A stretch of 64,000 bases of DNA from an uncultured Acidimicrobiales bacterium (GCA_943788915.1 CALSSD010000005.1:1-64000); one strand, 5' to 3'. Shown: positions 21,648 through 32,154, counted from the stretch's first letter. Notes: a model not told the origin generated them from the sequence alone. Made by a program: numbers and translations.

Positions 21648-21723
21648 GAGCGCATCATAATACCTACTTTTCAATATAACAATTATGTTGTGGGTTGAAT
21701 ATAAGCCCCATAGAGTCACCTAT
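21648..21723. promoter_or_regulatory. AT-rich divergent promoter region between the sigma gene and mrpA
   Basis: Strongly AT-rich. -10 boxes TATGAT (minus) and TAGAGT 21711-21716 (plus, 7 nt before ATG). AATATAA direct repeat at 21673 and 21698. AACA-N4-TGTT palindrome at 21678-21689. Confidence 0.55.
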
Positions 21724-24003
21724 ATGTTGTGGATATTATTCAGCGTGCATGGTGCGGGGATCGGCGCCGCGGTAGCAGCCGGCCAACGTTCGATGCACGC
21801 CGCTCTTCGCACGGCGGCCATTGCCCCCGCCGCAACCGGCGTTTGGGCCATCTGGAGTGTCTTCACTAACGCAGAGCCCCGCGTATACGAAATCACTTGG
21901 GTAGAGGCGCTCGATCTCGTGATCCGCTTTCGCACCGACTCGCTCGCGCTGCTGATGACCGCCATCGTCTCGGGTATTGGCGCACTGGTCTTTGTTTACG
22001 CAACTGGCTACTTCTCTCCTGGCGCCACGGGTGGCAGCAGGTTTGCGGCATCGCTGCTCGCCTTCTCGACCTCGATGCTTGGGCTTGTGCTTGCTGACTC
22101 GGTCTGGACGCTCTTCATCTTCTGGGAGTTGACCTCGGTCACCTCGTTCCTGCTTGTTGGTTTCAACAACACCAAGGTCGAGGTCCAGAACGCTGCCCGA
22201 CGAGCGCTGATGATTACTGGCGGCGGCGGTCTGGCATTACTCGCAGGGCTACTACTGCTTGGCCGTAGCTCGGGCACCACAATCCTGACCGACCTACAGC
22301 CAGCAGAGGGGACTGCTGGCATCCTGGCAGCGCTTCTGATCCTGACTGCGGTTGCGACCAAGTCAGCCCAGGTTCCCTTCCACGTCTGGTTACCTGGCGC
22401 AATGGCAGCACCTACACCGGTGAGTGCCTATCTGCACTCGGCGACGATGGTAAAGGCGGGTGTCCTGCTGATGGCGGTCACGGGCAGCGCGTTCGCCGAT
22501 GTCGACGCGTGGAAGATCGTGGGCCTTGCGCTCGGAATCAGCACCATGTTGTGGGGTGGTATCGGGGCACTTCGCCATGTCGACGCGAAGCTCATTCTTG
22601 CCTGGGGAACCGTGTCGCAACTGGGCCTGCTCGTGACCCTGCTAGCACTCGGCAGCGGCAAGGCGATCTTCGCTGCGATGTCCATGTTGGTCGCACACGC
22701 GCTCTTCAAGGCCACGCTGTTCCTCGTCGTCGGCGAAGTCGACATTCGCACCGGCGCTCGAGACATCAGGGAGCTGGGAAACCTCTACAAGACCATGCCG
22801 TTCGCCACTGGTGCCGCAGTGTTAGCAGGACTGTCAATGGCTGGTGCCCCACCCTTACTGGGATTCACTACCAAGGAGGCAGCCATCGAGGCGGCTCTTG
22901 GCATGGAAGGAATCGAGCAGGTTGTCTCCGTCGTCGCGGTAACCCTGGGCGCAGTAATCACTGTTGCCTATACCACGCGCTTTCTGTGGTGTGTCTTCGG
23001 TCCTGGACCCCACACCCTGGTAACTGAGCGCCGACTGGCGATGACCATCCCCGCTTCATTCCTAGCGCTGGCAGGCATTGCTGGTTTCATTGCGCTCGGC
23101 CCGGTCACCACGATCGTTCGCCGGGCAGCGACCGAACTCAACGAGAAGTCAAACGTCTACGAGCTCATTCGATGGCCGGGTATTACGACCGCGTTTCTGA
23201 TTTCGATGGGTGTGCTCGTAGCGGGTGGGGCCATGGCAGTCCTGCTCATCACCAGGTCCCAATCAGCGCGAACGAATGCAACGGCGCCCAGCCCACTCGG
23301 AGCGAACAACGCTGACCAAGCGCTCGATGGCATCTTGGCGGTGTCGCGACGAGTCACCTCGTTTGTGCAGCATGGTTCGCTGCCTGTGTACGTCGCGGTC
23401 ATGGCGCTCACTGCGTCGGTTGCCACCATTCCTTTCTTCACCGATCTGACCATCGATCACCTGACCTGGTGGGATCACCCCCTGCAGATGGTGTTTGCAC
23501 TCGCTATCGCGGCAACCGCCTTGGTAGGAGCGTTTGTGAACTCACGGCTGGGCGCCGCACTCACCCTCGGCGCAGTCGGCATCGCAGTCTGTGGCATTTT
23601 CGTCTCGTACGGAGCACCCGACCTAGCCCTCACCCAGCTGCTCATTGAAACGATCGTCGTTGTTGGTTTTGTGACCGGGCTCGGCCACCTCAACCGAGAG
23701 TTCCCCAAAGTCGTGAACACCTGGCGTTCTGTCCGGTTGGTGGTCTCGGGCCTTGGCGGTTGTGCCGTGGTCGTCGCACTAATCAGCGCTACCGCATCAC
23801 CATCCGGTACTGCTCCTCTTGAAGTTCTCGCAGGACAGGCCGTCGAGACCGGTGGCGGAAACAACGTCGTGAACGTCGTTCTGACCGACATGCGTGCGCT
23901 CGACACGCTTGGCGAAGTTGTCGTTCTGGCCGTCGTTGCGCTTGGAATTGCAGCGCTCGCAACACAACCGGAACAAGCTCCCGACGAAGAGGTCATGGCG
24001 TGA
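21724..24003 (+). CDS. mrpA: Na+/H+ antiporter Mrp subunit A
   Basis: FWELTSVTSFLL, KSAQVPFHVWLPGAMAAPTPVSAYLHSATMVKAG, APDLALTQ, NVVNVVLTDMRALDTLGE. Confidence 0.95.
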   Translation: MLWILFSVHGAGIGAAVAAGQRSMHAALRTAAIAPAATGVWAIWSVFTNAEPRVYEITWVEALDLVIRFRTDSLALLMTAIVSGIGALVFVYATGYFSPGATGGSRFAASLLAFSTSMLGLVLADSVWTLFIFWELTSVTSFLLVGFNNTKVEVQNAARRALMITGGGGLALLAGLLLLGRSSGTTILTDLQPAEGTAGILAALLILTAVATKSAQVPFHVWLPGAMAAPTPVSAYLHSATMVKAGVLLMAVTGSAFADVDAWKIVGLALGISTMLWGGIGALRHVDAKLILAWGTVSQLGLLVTLLALGSGKAIFAAMSMLVAHALFKATLFLVVGEVDIRTGARDIRELGNLYKTMPFATGAAVLAGLSMAGAPPLLGFTTKEAAIEAALGMEGIEQVVSVVAVTLGAVITVAYTTRFLWCVFGPGPHTLVTERRLAMTIPASFLALAGIAGFIALGPVTTIVRRAATELNEKSNVYELIRWPGITTAFLISMGVLVAGGAMAVLLITRSQSARTNATAPSPLGANNADQALDGILAVSRRVTSFVQHGSLPVYVAVMALTASVATIPFFTDLTIDHLTWWDHPLQMVFALAIAATALVGAFVNSRLGAALTLGAVGIAVCGIFVSYGAPDLALTQLLIETIVVVGFVTGLGHLNREFPKVVNTWRSVRLVVSGLGGCAVVVALISATASPSGTAPLEVLAGQAVETGGGNNVVNVVLTDMRALDTLGEVVVLAVVALGIAALATQPEQAPDEEVMA

Positions 24004-24473
24004 TTGCAACCCGCTCCCCGATCGCTCGACTCGGTATTCGTGCTGCGAGCCCGCTCGCCATCATGACTGGCGTGTATCTCTTGTTCGCAGGCCACAACCA
24101 ACCCGGCGGTGGTTTCTCGGCCGGTCTGGTGTTCGGCGCAGTGATTGCCTTGCGCACCGTCACCGGCCTCCAGACTCCACGCCACGCCAACACGCTGATC
24201 TCCATCGGCATCATCATCATTTGCACCACCGCAGCGGCACCGCTGTTGGTCGGTAACGAACTACTTGACCAACAAATCATCTCAACCGAACTGCCATTGC
24301 TGGGCAAGGTCAAAACTGGCTCGGCGTTGCCGTTTGATGTTGGTGTAACCGCCGTGGTCGTCGGGCTGATTGTTGCCCTCCTCCACGGACTTGGCGCAGC
24401 CAACCTGGCCAAACCCGCCCAGCCTGCCTCGCGCCGCACGAGCAGCACCACCGACGCTGGAGCCGAGGTCTGA
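24000..24473 (+). CDS. mrpB: Na+/H+ antiporter Mrp subunit B
   Basis: GHNQPGGGFSAGL, FDVGV. GTGA overlap with mrpA. Confidence 0.92.
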   Translation: MIATRSPIARLGIRAASPLAIMTGVYLLFAGHNQPGGGFSAGLVFGAVIALRTVTGLQTPRHANTLISIGIIIICTTAAAPLLVGNELLDQQIISTELPLLGKVKTGSALPFDVGVTAVVVGLIVALLHGLGAANLAKPAQPASRRTSSTTDAGAEV

Positions 24474-24474
24474 C

Positions 24475-24837
24475 ATGAGTATCGCTCTCCTTCTTGCCAT
24501 TGGATGCCTGACCTCGGTGGGCATCTATCTCATCACCGCACGGTCACTCAGCCGTATCCTTCTCGGCTTCGCGCTGCTCGGACACGCGGCGGTGCTCGCC
24601 TTGCTCGGTGCTGGCGGCCCCGCTGGCAAGCCACCACTTGCCAACCTCACCACACCAGCTGAATCAGCAAACCCTGTGCCGCAGGCACTTGCCCTGACCG
24701 CAATCGTGATCGGTTTTGGCCTCACGTTGTTCCTGCTCGCCCTCGCCCGCCGTCAACAGATCTTCACCGGTGATGACCTGGTCGAAGACGACTTGGAAGA
24801 CCAGCGAGTGGCAACCGACTCGGACACCGCACCATGA
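24475..24837 (+). CDS. mrpC: Na+/H+ antiporter Mrp subunit C
   Basis: NPVPQALALTAIVIGFG. Confidence 0.93.
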   Translation: MSIALLLAIGCLTSVGIYLITARSLSRILLGFALLGHAAVLALLGAGGPAGKPPLANLTTPAESANPVPQALALTAIVIGFGLTLFLLALARRQQIFTGDDLVEDDLEDQRVATDSDTAP

Positions 24838-26333
24838 CTGCGCTCGTCACGACAACGATCATTGGGCCTCTCGTGGCTGCGGCACTCGCGCTCGCGCTCC
24901 GCAGCCGGCCGCAACTGCGCGACGTAATCACGCTGCTTGGCCTCGCCGCAGCCACGGCCAGCGCGTTCGGCATCCTCTATCGGGTCGCCAATTCTGGCTC
25001 CGTCGCGATTCGGGTTGGCGAATGGCCACGAGAGCTCGGCATCGTTCTGGTCGCAGATCTCTTCGCTGCGCTTGTTCTGCCGATCGCTCTATCGATCATT
25101 CTGGTGGTCGAGTTGTTCGCCATTGGTCAACGCCGCACTGCATGGGGCGCCAACCCTGAGCTTGCGGGGCCGCTGCTTTTGGTCCTGACCTCGGGTGTCT
25201 CTTTGGCCATCCTCACCGGCGACCTCTTTACCTTGTTCGTTGCATTCGAACTGATCCTGGTCTCGAGTTATGTGCTGCTGACTCACCAAGGCCGTCGTGG
25301 TCAAGTCCGCTCAGGCATGACCTATGTCGTCATGAACCTGTTCGCTTCGACGCTGTTCCTCTTTGGACTCGCACTCATCTACGGTGCCACCGGCACCGTC
25401 AATCTTGGACTGTTGGCAGAACGTATCCCGCAACTCTCCGACGGCGCTCGGTTAGGTATCGGTGCATGGTTCTTCGTCGTGTTCGGCACCAAAGCTGCGA
25501 TGTTCCCGCTGTTCTCCTGGCTTCCTGACTCCTACCCAACAGCACCAACCACGATCACTGCGGTGTTCGCCGGGCTTCTCACCAAAATCGGCATCTATGC
25601 CCTGATCCGGTTCCACACGCTCACCGGCATGGATGAACTGGGTTCCATCATGCTGATCGTTGCTGGTGTGACCATGATCATCGGAGCCTTTGGCGCACTC
25701 GCCCAAACCGACGTGAAGCGCATCTTGTCATTCCATGTGATTAGCCAGATCGGCTACATGCTCATGGGGCTCGGACTCTTCAGCGCTGCGGGAACTGCTG
25801 GAGCGATCCTGTTTCTCATCCACCACATGCCGGTCAAGACAGTGCTCTTCTTGGTCGGCGGTTTGATCGAGAACCATCAAGGAACAAGCCGGCTTGATCG
25901 ATCGGGTGGACTCGCAACCAAGCGACCGATCATCGCGGTGTTGTTTGCCATTCCGGCCCTAAGCCTGGCTGGGCTGCCGCCATTCTCGGGCTTCGTTGCC
26001 AAGCTTGGTGTTATCTCGGCTGGCATCGAGGCAGACCAGTACGTCGTCGTGATCGTCGCCCTGGTGGCTGGGGCCCTCACCTTGTTGTCGATGACCAAGA
26101 TCTGGATCGGCGTCTTCTGGGGTAAAACCACCGAAGCCTCAGCCATGCCCTCGGCACGCCCTACGTCAAAGGCCAACCGCAGTCTGATGACCGGTGCAAC
26201 ATGCATCGCTGTGGCTGGCACGCTCACCATTTCGGTTCTAGCTGGTGGGCTCTATGAGCTCTCCGAACGAGCCGCCAACGACCTTCGCGATCAAACCTCC
26301 TACATCGCTCTCACCGAAGGGCCAGACCAATGA
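24834..26333 (+). CDS. mrpD: Na+/H+ antiporter Mrp subunit D
   Basis: GDLFTLFVAFE, KAAMFPLFSWLPDSYP, LLTKIGIYA, GLPPFSGF. Confidence 0.95.
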   Translation: MTALVTTTIIGPLVAAALALALRSRPQLRDVITLLGLAAATASAFGILYRVANSGSVAIRVGEWPRELGIVLVADLFAALVLPIALSIILVVELFAIGQRRTAWGANPELAGPLLLVLTSGVSLAILTGDLFTLFVAFELILVSSYVLLTHQGRRGQVRSGMTYVVMNLFASTLFLFGLALIYGATGTVNLGLLAERIPQLSDGARLGIGAWFFVVFGTKAAMFPLFSWLPDSYPTAPTTITAVFAGLLTKIGIYALIRFHTLTGMDELGSIMLIVAGVTMIIGAFGALAQTDVKRILSFHVISQIGYMLMGLGLFSAAGTAGAILFLIHHMPVKTVLFLVGGLIENHQGTSRLDRSGGLATKRPIIAVLFAIPALSLAGLPPFSGFVAKLGVISAGIEADQYVVVIVALVAGALTLLSMTKIWIGVFWGKTTEASAMPSARPTSKANRSLMTGATCIAVAGTLTISVLAGGLYELSERAANDLRDQTSYIALTEGPDQ

Positions 26334-26884
26334 AACCAAACACGAGGACAAGGAGGCCGTTCGGTGTCCGTCGGCTTCTCACCGGCCGAGGAATCACTAT
26401 GGTTGCTGCGCTCACGGCCGCGTGGTGTGCGTTGTGGCAGGAGGTCTCGATCGCGAACCTTCTCGCTGGTGCTGGCCTCGCTGCGGTTGTACTCGCTACC
26501 GGTGTGGGAACACCAACGAGCGGCGCACTACGGGCCGTCCCACTGGCCAAGTTGTTGTGGGTTGTGTTTATCGACTTGGTGACCTCCACCATTGACGTCG
26601 CCAAGGAGATCCTGACTGCAACCGACTACACCCACGAAGCAATCATCGCTGTGGAAATCCCCGCCGAAGGGCGGCACCATTTTCTGCTCCTGATCATTGC
26701 GGTGACCCTCACACCGGGAACCGCTGTGGTCGATGCAGATCCTGATACCGGCACTCTCTACCTGCACCTGCTGCACGCTGAGCGCCGCAATGAGGTTGCC
26801 GAACATGTCCGCCAGTTGACTGACTTGGCGTGCCAAGCATTGCCCTTGTCGACGACAACCCCACGTTTGCAGACCACATCATGA
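26330..26884 (+). CDS. mrpE: Na+/H+ antiporter Mrp subunit E
   Basis: VTLTPGT, LYLHLL, and operon position. Confidence 0.9.
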   Translation: MKPNTRTRRPFGVRRLLTGRGITMVAALTAAWCALWQEVSIANLLAGAGLAAVVLATGVGTPTSGALRAVPLAKLLWVVFIDLVTSTIDVAKEILTATDYTHEAIIAVEIPAEGRHHFLLLIIAVTLTPGTAVVDADPDTGTLYLHLLHAERRNEVAEHVRQLTDLACQALPLSTTTPRLQTTS

Positions 26885-27168
26885 CTTCTGTTGCTATCGC
26901 TCTCTTCGTCCTTGCTGCACTGATCGCAACCGTTCGCCTTCTCATCGGCCCTGGCTTAGCGGAGCGAATCATTGCCCTCGACGTCACCCTGATCAGCTTT
27001 ATGGGTGCCATCGCAGCTCACGCAGCCCAGACAAAGAGCACGACCTACCTCATCACACTTGTCGTCCTCGCAATTATTGGCTTCACCGCAACGGTCTCAG
27101 CAGCGCGCTTCCTGCAGCATGGCCACACAACCTCTGGGTCGGCCCAGTCCGAAAGGCCATCCTCGTGA
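26881..27168 (+). CDS. mrpF: Na+/H+ antiporter Mrp subunit F
   Basis: RLLIGPGLAERIIALD, GFTATVSAARF. ATGA overlap. Confidence 0.9.
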   Translation: MTSVAIALFVLAALIATVRLLIGPGLAERIIALDVTLISFMGAIAAHAAQTKSTTYLITLVVLAIIGFTATVSAARFLQHGHTTSGSAQSERPSS

Positions 27169-27518
27169 ACTCGGTCATCGACACCGTCGCTGGAATCATC
27201 ATGATTCTTGGTGGGCTTATCGCCGTGCTTGCCGCAGTGGGTCTCCACAAGTTCTCCACGCCCTATGCCCGCTTTCATGCAGCGGGTAAGGCCAGTCCAG
27301 TCGCGTTTCTTGTCGCCGCAGTAGGCGCAGGCCTTTCGTTAGGTGCGGCAGGGACGGCACTGCTTACCGTTGCTTCTGTAGCGATGATTCTGACCTTGCC
27401 AGTTGGCGTACACCTCATGTTTCGGGCGGTCCATCGCACCACCCCGCCGACTATGGCAATCGACGAGCTCAGACCGGCCGAGCTCCTGGCCGAGCGCCAA
27501 GCCGATACACCCGGTTAG
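27165..27518 (+). CDS. mrpG: Na+/H+ antiporter Mrp subunit G
   Basis: AVGLHKF...YARFHAAGK, LTLPVGVH. Confidence 0.9.
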   Translation: MNSVIDTVAGIIMILGGLIAVLAAVGLHKFSTPYARFHAAGKASPVAFLVAAVGAGLSLGAAGTALLTVASVAMILTLPVGVHLMFRAVHRTTPPTMAIDELRPAELLAERQADTPG

Positions 27519-28513
27519 CAGTCGCCCAGAACAGATCGTGTTGTTCGGCTGGGGTATACCGCTCGGCGAGGATTTCGAACGCGTTCCACACCACGGTGTA
27601 CGGGAGTGTCTGTCGATCCACGGGAAAGTTTGACTCAAACATGCACCGCGGGGGCCCAAAGGTATCGATCGCGAAGTGCACCATGTCATTCCAATAGGCA
27701 GCCACCTCGTCTGACGATGGGGGTCTCGGTTGATCCGCCCACGGCGTGCCGAAGTAGTGCTCCATGCCAAGCCCGCCGACCTTGAGGGCCACGTTTGGAC
27801 AGGCCGCAACCGCTTCGATGCCGCTACGCCACGCCGCTGCCATCTCGACCGGCTGCGAGGCGTGTGGCCCAATACCAAGGGGACCACCAAGATGGTCGAG
27901 CACGATCTGACACTGCGGAATTGCCTCCGCTAGCTCGGCTAGTTCCTGCATCTGGTCGAAATACAACCACGCATCGAAGGTGTAACCAGCGTCCCCGAGC
28001 TGCGCCACGCCGGCCCGGAAGTCTGGGTTGGCAAGCAGATGGGGCCCGGGTTGGTGATGGCCGTTTTTCACGTCGGCGTGTGGGCTCCAATTGGTGCCAT
28101 GGCGGACGCCTCGAAACAGAGCCCGCGCCGCGAGCCTCGTGTTCCGCGAGAACTTCGCCAACCCGCTCACCCATGGTCAGGTCGACATGTCCGACGATGC
28201 CAGCGATCTCGGGCCCTCCCAGCCGAAGTGCCTCGGCTGCCTGCTCAGCCACGAAACGGGTCTCGCCGACCGGCGCCATTGTTTCGTCGGCTACGGGGCC
28301 ACAGATCACCGGGTCATAGGCAGCGCTGCACTCGACGAACACCGTGTGGGTCACGTTGTGCGACGAACGAGCATCGGTACGAAGCTCCTGTGCCAGGTAC
28401 CTACTGTCGTCACGGTCCCACAAATGATGATGAGGATCGATAATCGGGCGGTCAGGATCGATCGCCGATTCGACTCGGCCCGCTAGCCATTCGTGCCGGT
28501 CGTAGATCGCCAT
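27469..28513 (-). CDS. Amidohydrolase family 2 protein, frameshift near 28120
   Basis: IIDPHHHLW, HTVFVEC, FRGVRH, VLDHLGGP, KVGGLGM, RCMFESNFPVD. Confidence 0.88.
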
Positions 28514-28569
28514 GTGACTGAGACTAGTTCGATGAGCTTGCGCACCGGAACGCCAAGTAGGTTCGCGCT

Positions 28570-28893
28570 ATGGCCATTTATGAAAAGCGCACCTACGACG
28601 TCATCGTTGGGCAGATGCCCGAAGTCATCCGACTGTATGCAGAAGAGGGGTGGCCAGCGCTCGCCAGTGGCGGTTATAGCGACAACCTGGTTGGCTACTT
28701 CACGTCGGACACCGGTCGGCTCCACCAACTCGTCCATATGTGGAAGTTCGATGACGACGCCGACCGACGAGCGTTCTGGACTCGCCTGTTCGCCGACGAG
28801 GACTTTATGAAGTTTGCCGTGCAGCTGCGACCCCACATTGGCTCCCAAGAAATTCAGCTGTTAAACCCGGCTCCTTGGGGACCTCAGCCCTAG
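28570..28893 (+). CDS. NIPSNAP family protein
   Basis: IYEKRTY, GYFTSDTGRLHQLVHMW, LLNPAPW. TAGGTT-N6-ATG. Confidence 0.88.
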   Translation: MAIYEKRTYDVIVGQMPEVIRLYAEEGWPALASGGYSDNLVGYFTSDTGRLHQLVHMWKFDDDADRRAFWTRLFADEDFMKFAVQLRPHIGSQEIQLLNPAPWGPQP

Positions 28894-28903
28894 GGCCGCA
28901 CTC

Positions 28904-29794
28904 ATGAGCTCCAAAGCCGTCCTGGCAGTTGTTGTCTTGGTTGCCGTACTGATCGGCGGCAACTTCACCGCGCTCAAATTCGCGCTCGATCACTCCACCC
29001 CATTGCTCATCGCTGGCATGCGCACGGTGATCGGCGGCACTTTCCTGCTCGGTTTTGCCTTCCTCCGTGGTGAGCGCTTTCCGACCAGCCGTCGTGACCT
29101 CTTCAATATCTTCATGGTCTCACTCAGCATCACCACCGTATCGAGCGGCTTGTTGGTCTTCGGTGTGAGCCGGGTGACTGCAGGCGTTGCCTCCCTGGTC
29201 GCGAGCACCATGCCCATGTTCACCGCAGTGCTTGCCCTAGTACTGATGAAGACTCAGATCTCCCGGCTGGCTGGACTTGGCCTCGCCGTCGGCTTCGCTG
29301 GCACGCTTGTCCTCGCATCGCCATCACTGGGCGGAGGCTCGGGGACGATCGGCATTGTCAGCCTGATCGTCTCGGCTATCGCCTGGGCGTTTGGCAACGT
29401 CTACATGAAGTGGCAAGACATGACGAACGTCAGTCCAATCATGTTGGTCGGGGTCCAGCTGTATATGTCCGCGATGTGTCTGATTCCGTTCGCGCTGATG
29501 GTCGAAGGCACGTCGGATACCGAGTGGACGCTAGGCCTCTTCGCGCCGTTGCTCTATGCCGCAATACCGGCAAATGCGGTCACGTTCGCCCTGCTCGCGA
29601 CCGTTGTCCGCAAGGCAACTCCAACCCAAGCGGCATCAACTGCCTATCTCATTCCGCTCTTTGGTGTGTTCTTCGGTTGGTTGATTCGAGACGAACGACT
29701 GGGCATCGTCGAACTGATGGGCGGCGTTCTCATCATCATGGGTGTCTACGTGCTTGTCACCGCGAATACCCGCCAGGCTGCCGAGGTTCGCTGA
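28904..29794 (+). CDS. DMT/EamA family transporter
   Basis: About 10 TM helices, two EamA repeats, AYLIPLFG...DERL. Confidence 0.9.
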   Translation: MSSKAVLAVVVLVAVLIGGNFTALKFALDHSTPLLIAGMRTVIGGTFLLGFAFLRGERFPTSRRDLFNIFMVSLSITTVSSGLLVFGVSRVTAGVASLVASTMPMFTAVLALVLMKTQISRLAGLGLAVGFAGTLVLASPSLGGGSGTIGIVSLIVSAIAWAFGNVYMKWQDMTNVSPIMLVGVQLYMSAMCLIPFALMVEGTSDTEWTLGLFAPLLYAAIPANAVTFALLATVVRKATPTQAASTAYLIPLFGVFFGWLIRDERLGIVELMGGVLIIMGVYVLVTANTRQAAEVR

Positions 29795-29795
29795 G

Positions 29796-32030
29796 ATGAT
29801 GCCGCTCCAGGGCCTCACCGTTGTCGCTGTTGCTGGCTCGATGGCCGGCGCCTACTGCGCCAAGATGTTCGCTGATGGCGGTGCCCACGTACTCACAGTT
29901 GGGCACAGTCAACTCAGCGATCACCAACAGGCCTACCTATTGGCAGACACCCAGCCCGCAACTCTGACCGAGGTCGACTTTGCCAACGTTGATGTGCTCA
30001 TCGAGAGTTCCGCTCCACTTCCGCTAGCGCCGCTCCTGCTCGACGACCAGCCGCATCTCGTGCGAGTCCAGATCAGCCCGTTCGGGATGCACGGCACCCG
30101 ATCGCACTGGAAGGGCACCGACTTGGTCGACTACGCGGCAGGTGGCCATGCGTATCTCTATGGCGATCCCAAGCGCGAACCGCTACGTGGGCCGCCAGAT
30201 CAGCCCAGCGTTGCGTCGGGGTTGTACGGCTTCGTCGGCGCCATGGCAGCGATCGTGGCCCGGCCTCGTCTTGGTCATGGTCAGACAGTCGAGATCAGCC
30301 ATGTACAGGTCATGGTGGCGCTGCACCAGGTCACTCTGCTGCGGTGGTTCATGACCGGCGACGTGTTCTGCCGCATGGGCAACCGTTACACCGGACAGGG
30401 TCAGCCGAACGGCCCCTACCCGTGCAGCGATGGCTGGATTTCGATCGTCGGCGTGACCCAGCAACAGGTCGAGGGACTACTCGCTGTTACCGGCCTGCTC
30501 CATCTGCTTGACCATCCCGACATCGATTCGACCATGGACTTCCAGAGTCACCCTCAGCTGCTCGACGAGCCGCTCACGGAATGGCTGAGCAGCCGCTCCG
30601 TGGCCGAAGTCGTCGATCTGTTCCAGGCGATGCGGATACCTGCCGCGCCGCTTCTGAACCCGCTTGAGCTTGTGGATGACCCCCAACTCATCGACCGGGC
30701 ATTCTTTCGGCCACTCGAGTCTGATGCGTCGGTTCGGGCACCTGGCCCGCCATTCACCTTCACCCATCGACAGAACCCTGGTCCAGGCGCGTGGCAACCA
30801 GGCGATGTTCAGGGTGGGCCGCTCGCTGGCCTTCGAATCTTGGATCTGGCCAGGGTGTGGGCTGGCCCGCTCTGCGGTCGCATCCTTCGAGACCTTGGTG
30901 CCGAAGTTGTGTGGGTCGAAGCCCCATGGCATCGAGGCCCCAAGACCGTGCCCCCGTCCATGGTCGAAGCAACCCGGTACTTCCCGAACGATGATCCCGG
31001 CGAACGGCAGTGGAACCGCAACACCCATTTCGTCAAGTACGCACTAGGTAAACAGTCACTGGCACTTGACCTGCAAACCGAGACTGGCCAGGCAACCCTT
31101 GCCAGGCTGGTGCCGCACTTTCATGTTCTGCTCGAGAACTTCAGCTCGCGGGTCATGCCCCAGCTTGGGTTCGACGAAGAGTCGCTGCATGCGCTCAACC
31201 CCGATCTGATCTATCTGACGATGCCGGGTTACGGCCGCAGCGGCCCGGCCGAACATTGGCTGGCGTATGGATCCTCGGTCGACTCTCACGCTGGGCTGTC
31301 GGCCTTGATTGGTTATCACGACCAAACGCCGTGGAAGGGTGGGATTGCTTGGCCCGACCCGATTGCTGGCCTCCATGCGGCGTCGGCCGTACTCATGCAT
31401 CTCTGGGCTGGGCTCGCACACGGGCTGGGTGGTGTAACGATCGAGGCTGCACAGTTCGAATCCACCGTGGCCGCGGTTGGTGACCGGGTCGTTGAAGCAC
31501 AGGTTGATGGACCGTTTCAGCCCTGCGGCAACCGCGATCCCCGCTATCTCTTTCAGGGCGTCTACCGGTGTACGGGCGACGACAACTGGATTGCTCTCTC
31601 TGTGCTCGACGAAAGAATGCGCAGCGCTCTTTTCGAGCTCTTCGAACTCGACCTGTCATTGGCATCAGACCATGACCAGTTCGATTGCGCCTTCACCGCA
31701 GTCGCGGCCGAACAAGACGCAGACCAACTTGCTGTTGCGCTGCAAGCCGCTGGGGTTCCCGCTGCCAAGGTGGCCAAGGCTCCCGACCTGGCCAGCGATT
31801 CACACCTGCAATCCCGCAATGCTTGGGCAACGGTCGACCAACCCGAGATCGGCCCTTTCACCACCCCGGTCACGCCCATTGGGCTGTCGGCCACCCCACT
31901 ACTGGACCTCGGACCTGCGCCCACGCTGGGTCAACACAATCAGCAAACCTTGCATGCCGCAGGTTTCAGCCCCAGCGAAATCAGCGAACTGGTCGAAAGT
32001 GGCATCGTCGTTACCGAACCGCCGAGCTAG
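29796..32030 (+). CDS. Family III CoA transferase with two CaiB/BaiF domains
   Basis: PLQGLTVV...AGAYCAKMFADGGA and PLAGLRILDLARVWAGPLCGRILRDLGAEV, LENFS, GYGRSGP, APTLGQHN. Confidence 0.9.
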   Translation: MMPLQGLTVVAVAGSMAGAYCAKMFADGGAHVLTVGHSQLSDHQQAYLLADTQPATLTEVDFANVDVLIESSAPLPLAPLLLDDQPHLVRVQISPFGMHGTRSHWKGTDLVDYAAGGHAYLYGDPKREPLRGPPDQPSVASGLYGFVGAMAAIVARPRLGHGQTVEISHVQVMVALHQVTLLRWFMTGDVFCRMGNRYTGQGQPNGPYPCSDGWISIVGVTQQQVEGLLAVTGLLHLLDHPDIDSTMDFQSHPQLLDEPLTEWLSSRSVAEVVDLFQAMRIPAAPLLNPLELVDDPQLIDRAFFRPLESDASVRAPGPPFTFTHRQNPGPGAWQPGDVQGGPLAGLRILDLARVWAGPLCGRILRDLGAEVVWVEAPWHRGPKTVPPSMVEATRYFPNDDPGERQWNRNTHFVKYALGKQSLALDLQTETGQATLARLVPHFHVLLENFSSRVMPQLGFDEESLHALNPDLIYLTMPGYGRSGPAEHWLAYGSSVDSHAGLSALIGYHDQTPWKGGIAWPDPIAGLHAASAVLMHLWAGLAHGLGGVTIEAAQFESTVAAVGDRVVEAQVDGPFQPCGNRDPRYLFQGVYRCTGDDNWIALSVLDERMRSALFELFELDLSLASDHDQFDCAFTAVAAEQDADQLAVALQAAGVPAAKVAKAPDLASDSHLQSRNAWATVDQPEIGPFTTPVTPIGLSATPLLDLGPAPTLGQHNQQTLHAAGFSPSEISELVESGIVVTEPPS

Positions 32031-32154
32031 CCGGCCCGAGTCGCCAACCCACCTGTACCCACAGGTGTACATCGATAGGACATTTGCCTAAGCCGTCTGA
32101 CTCAAATACGACCACTCACTGTGAGCGGAGCTACTCGTTGTTCATACTGACGGT

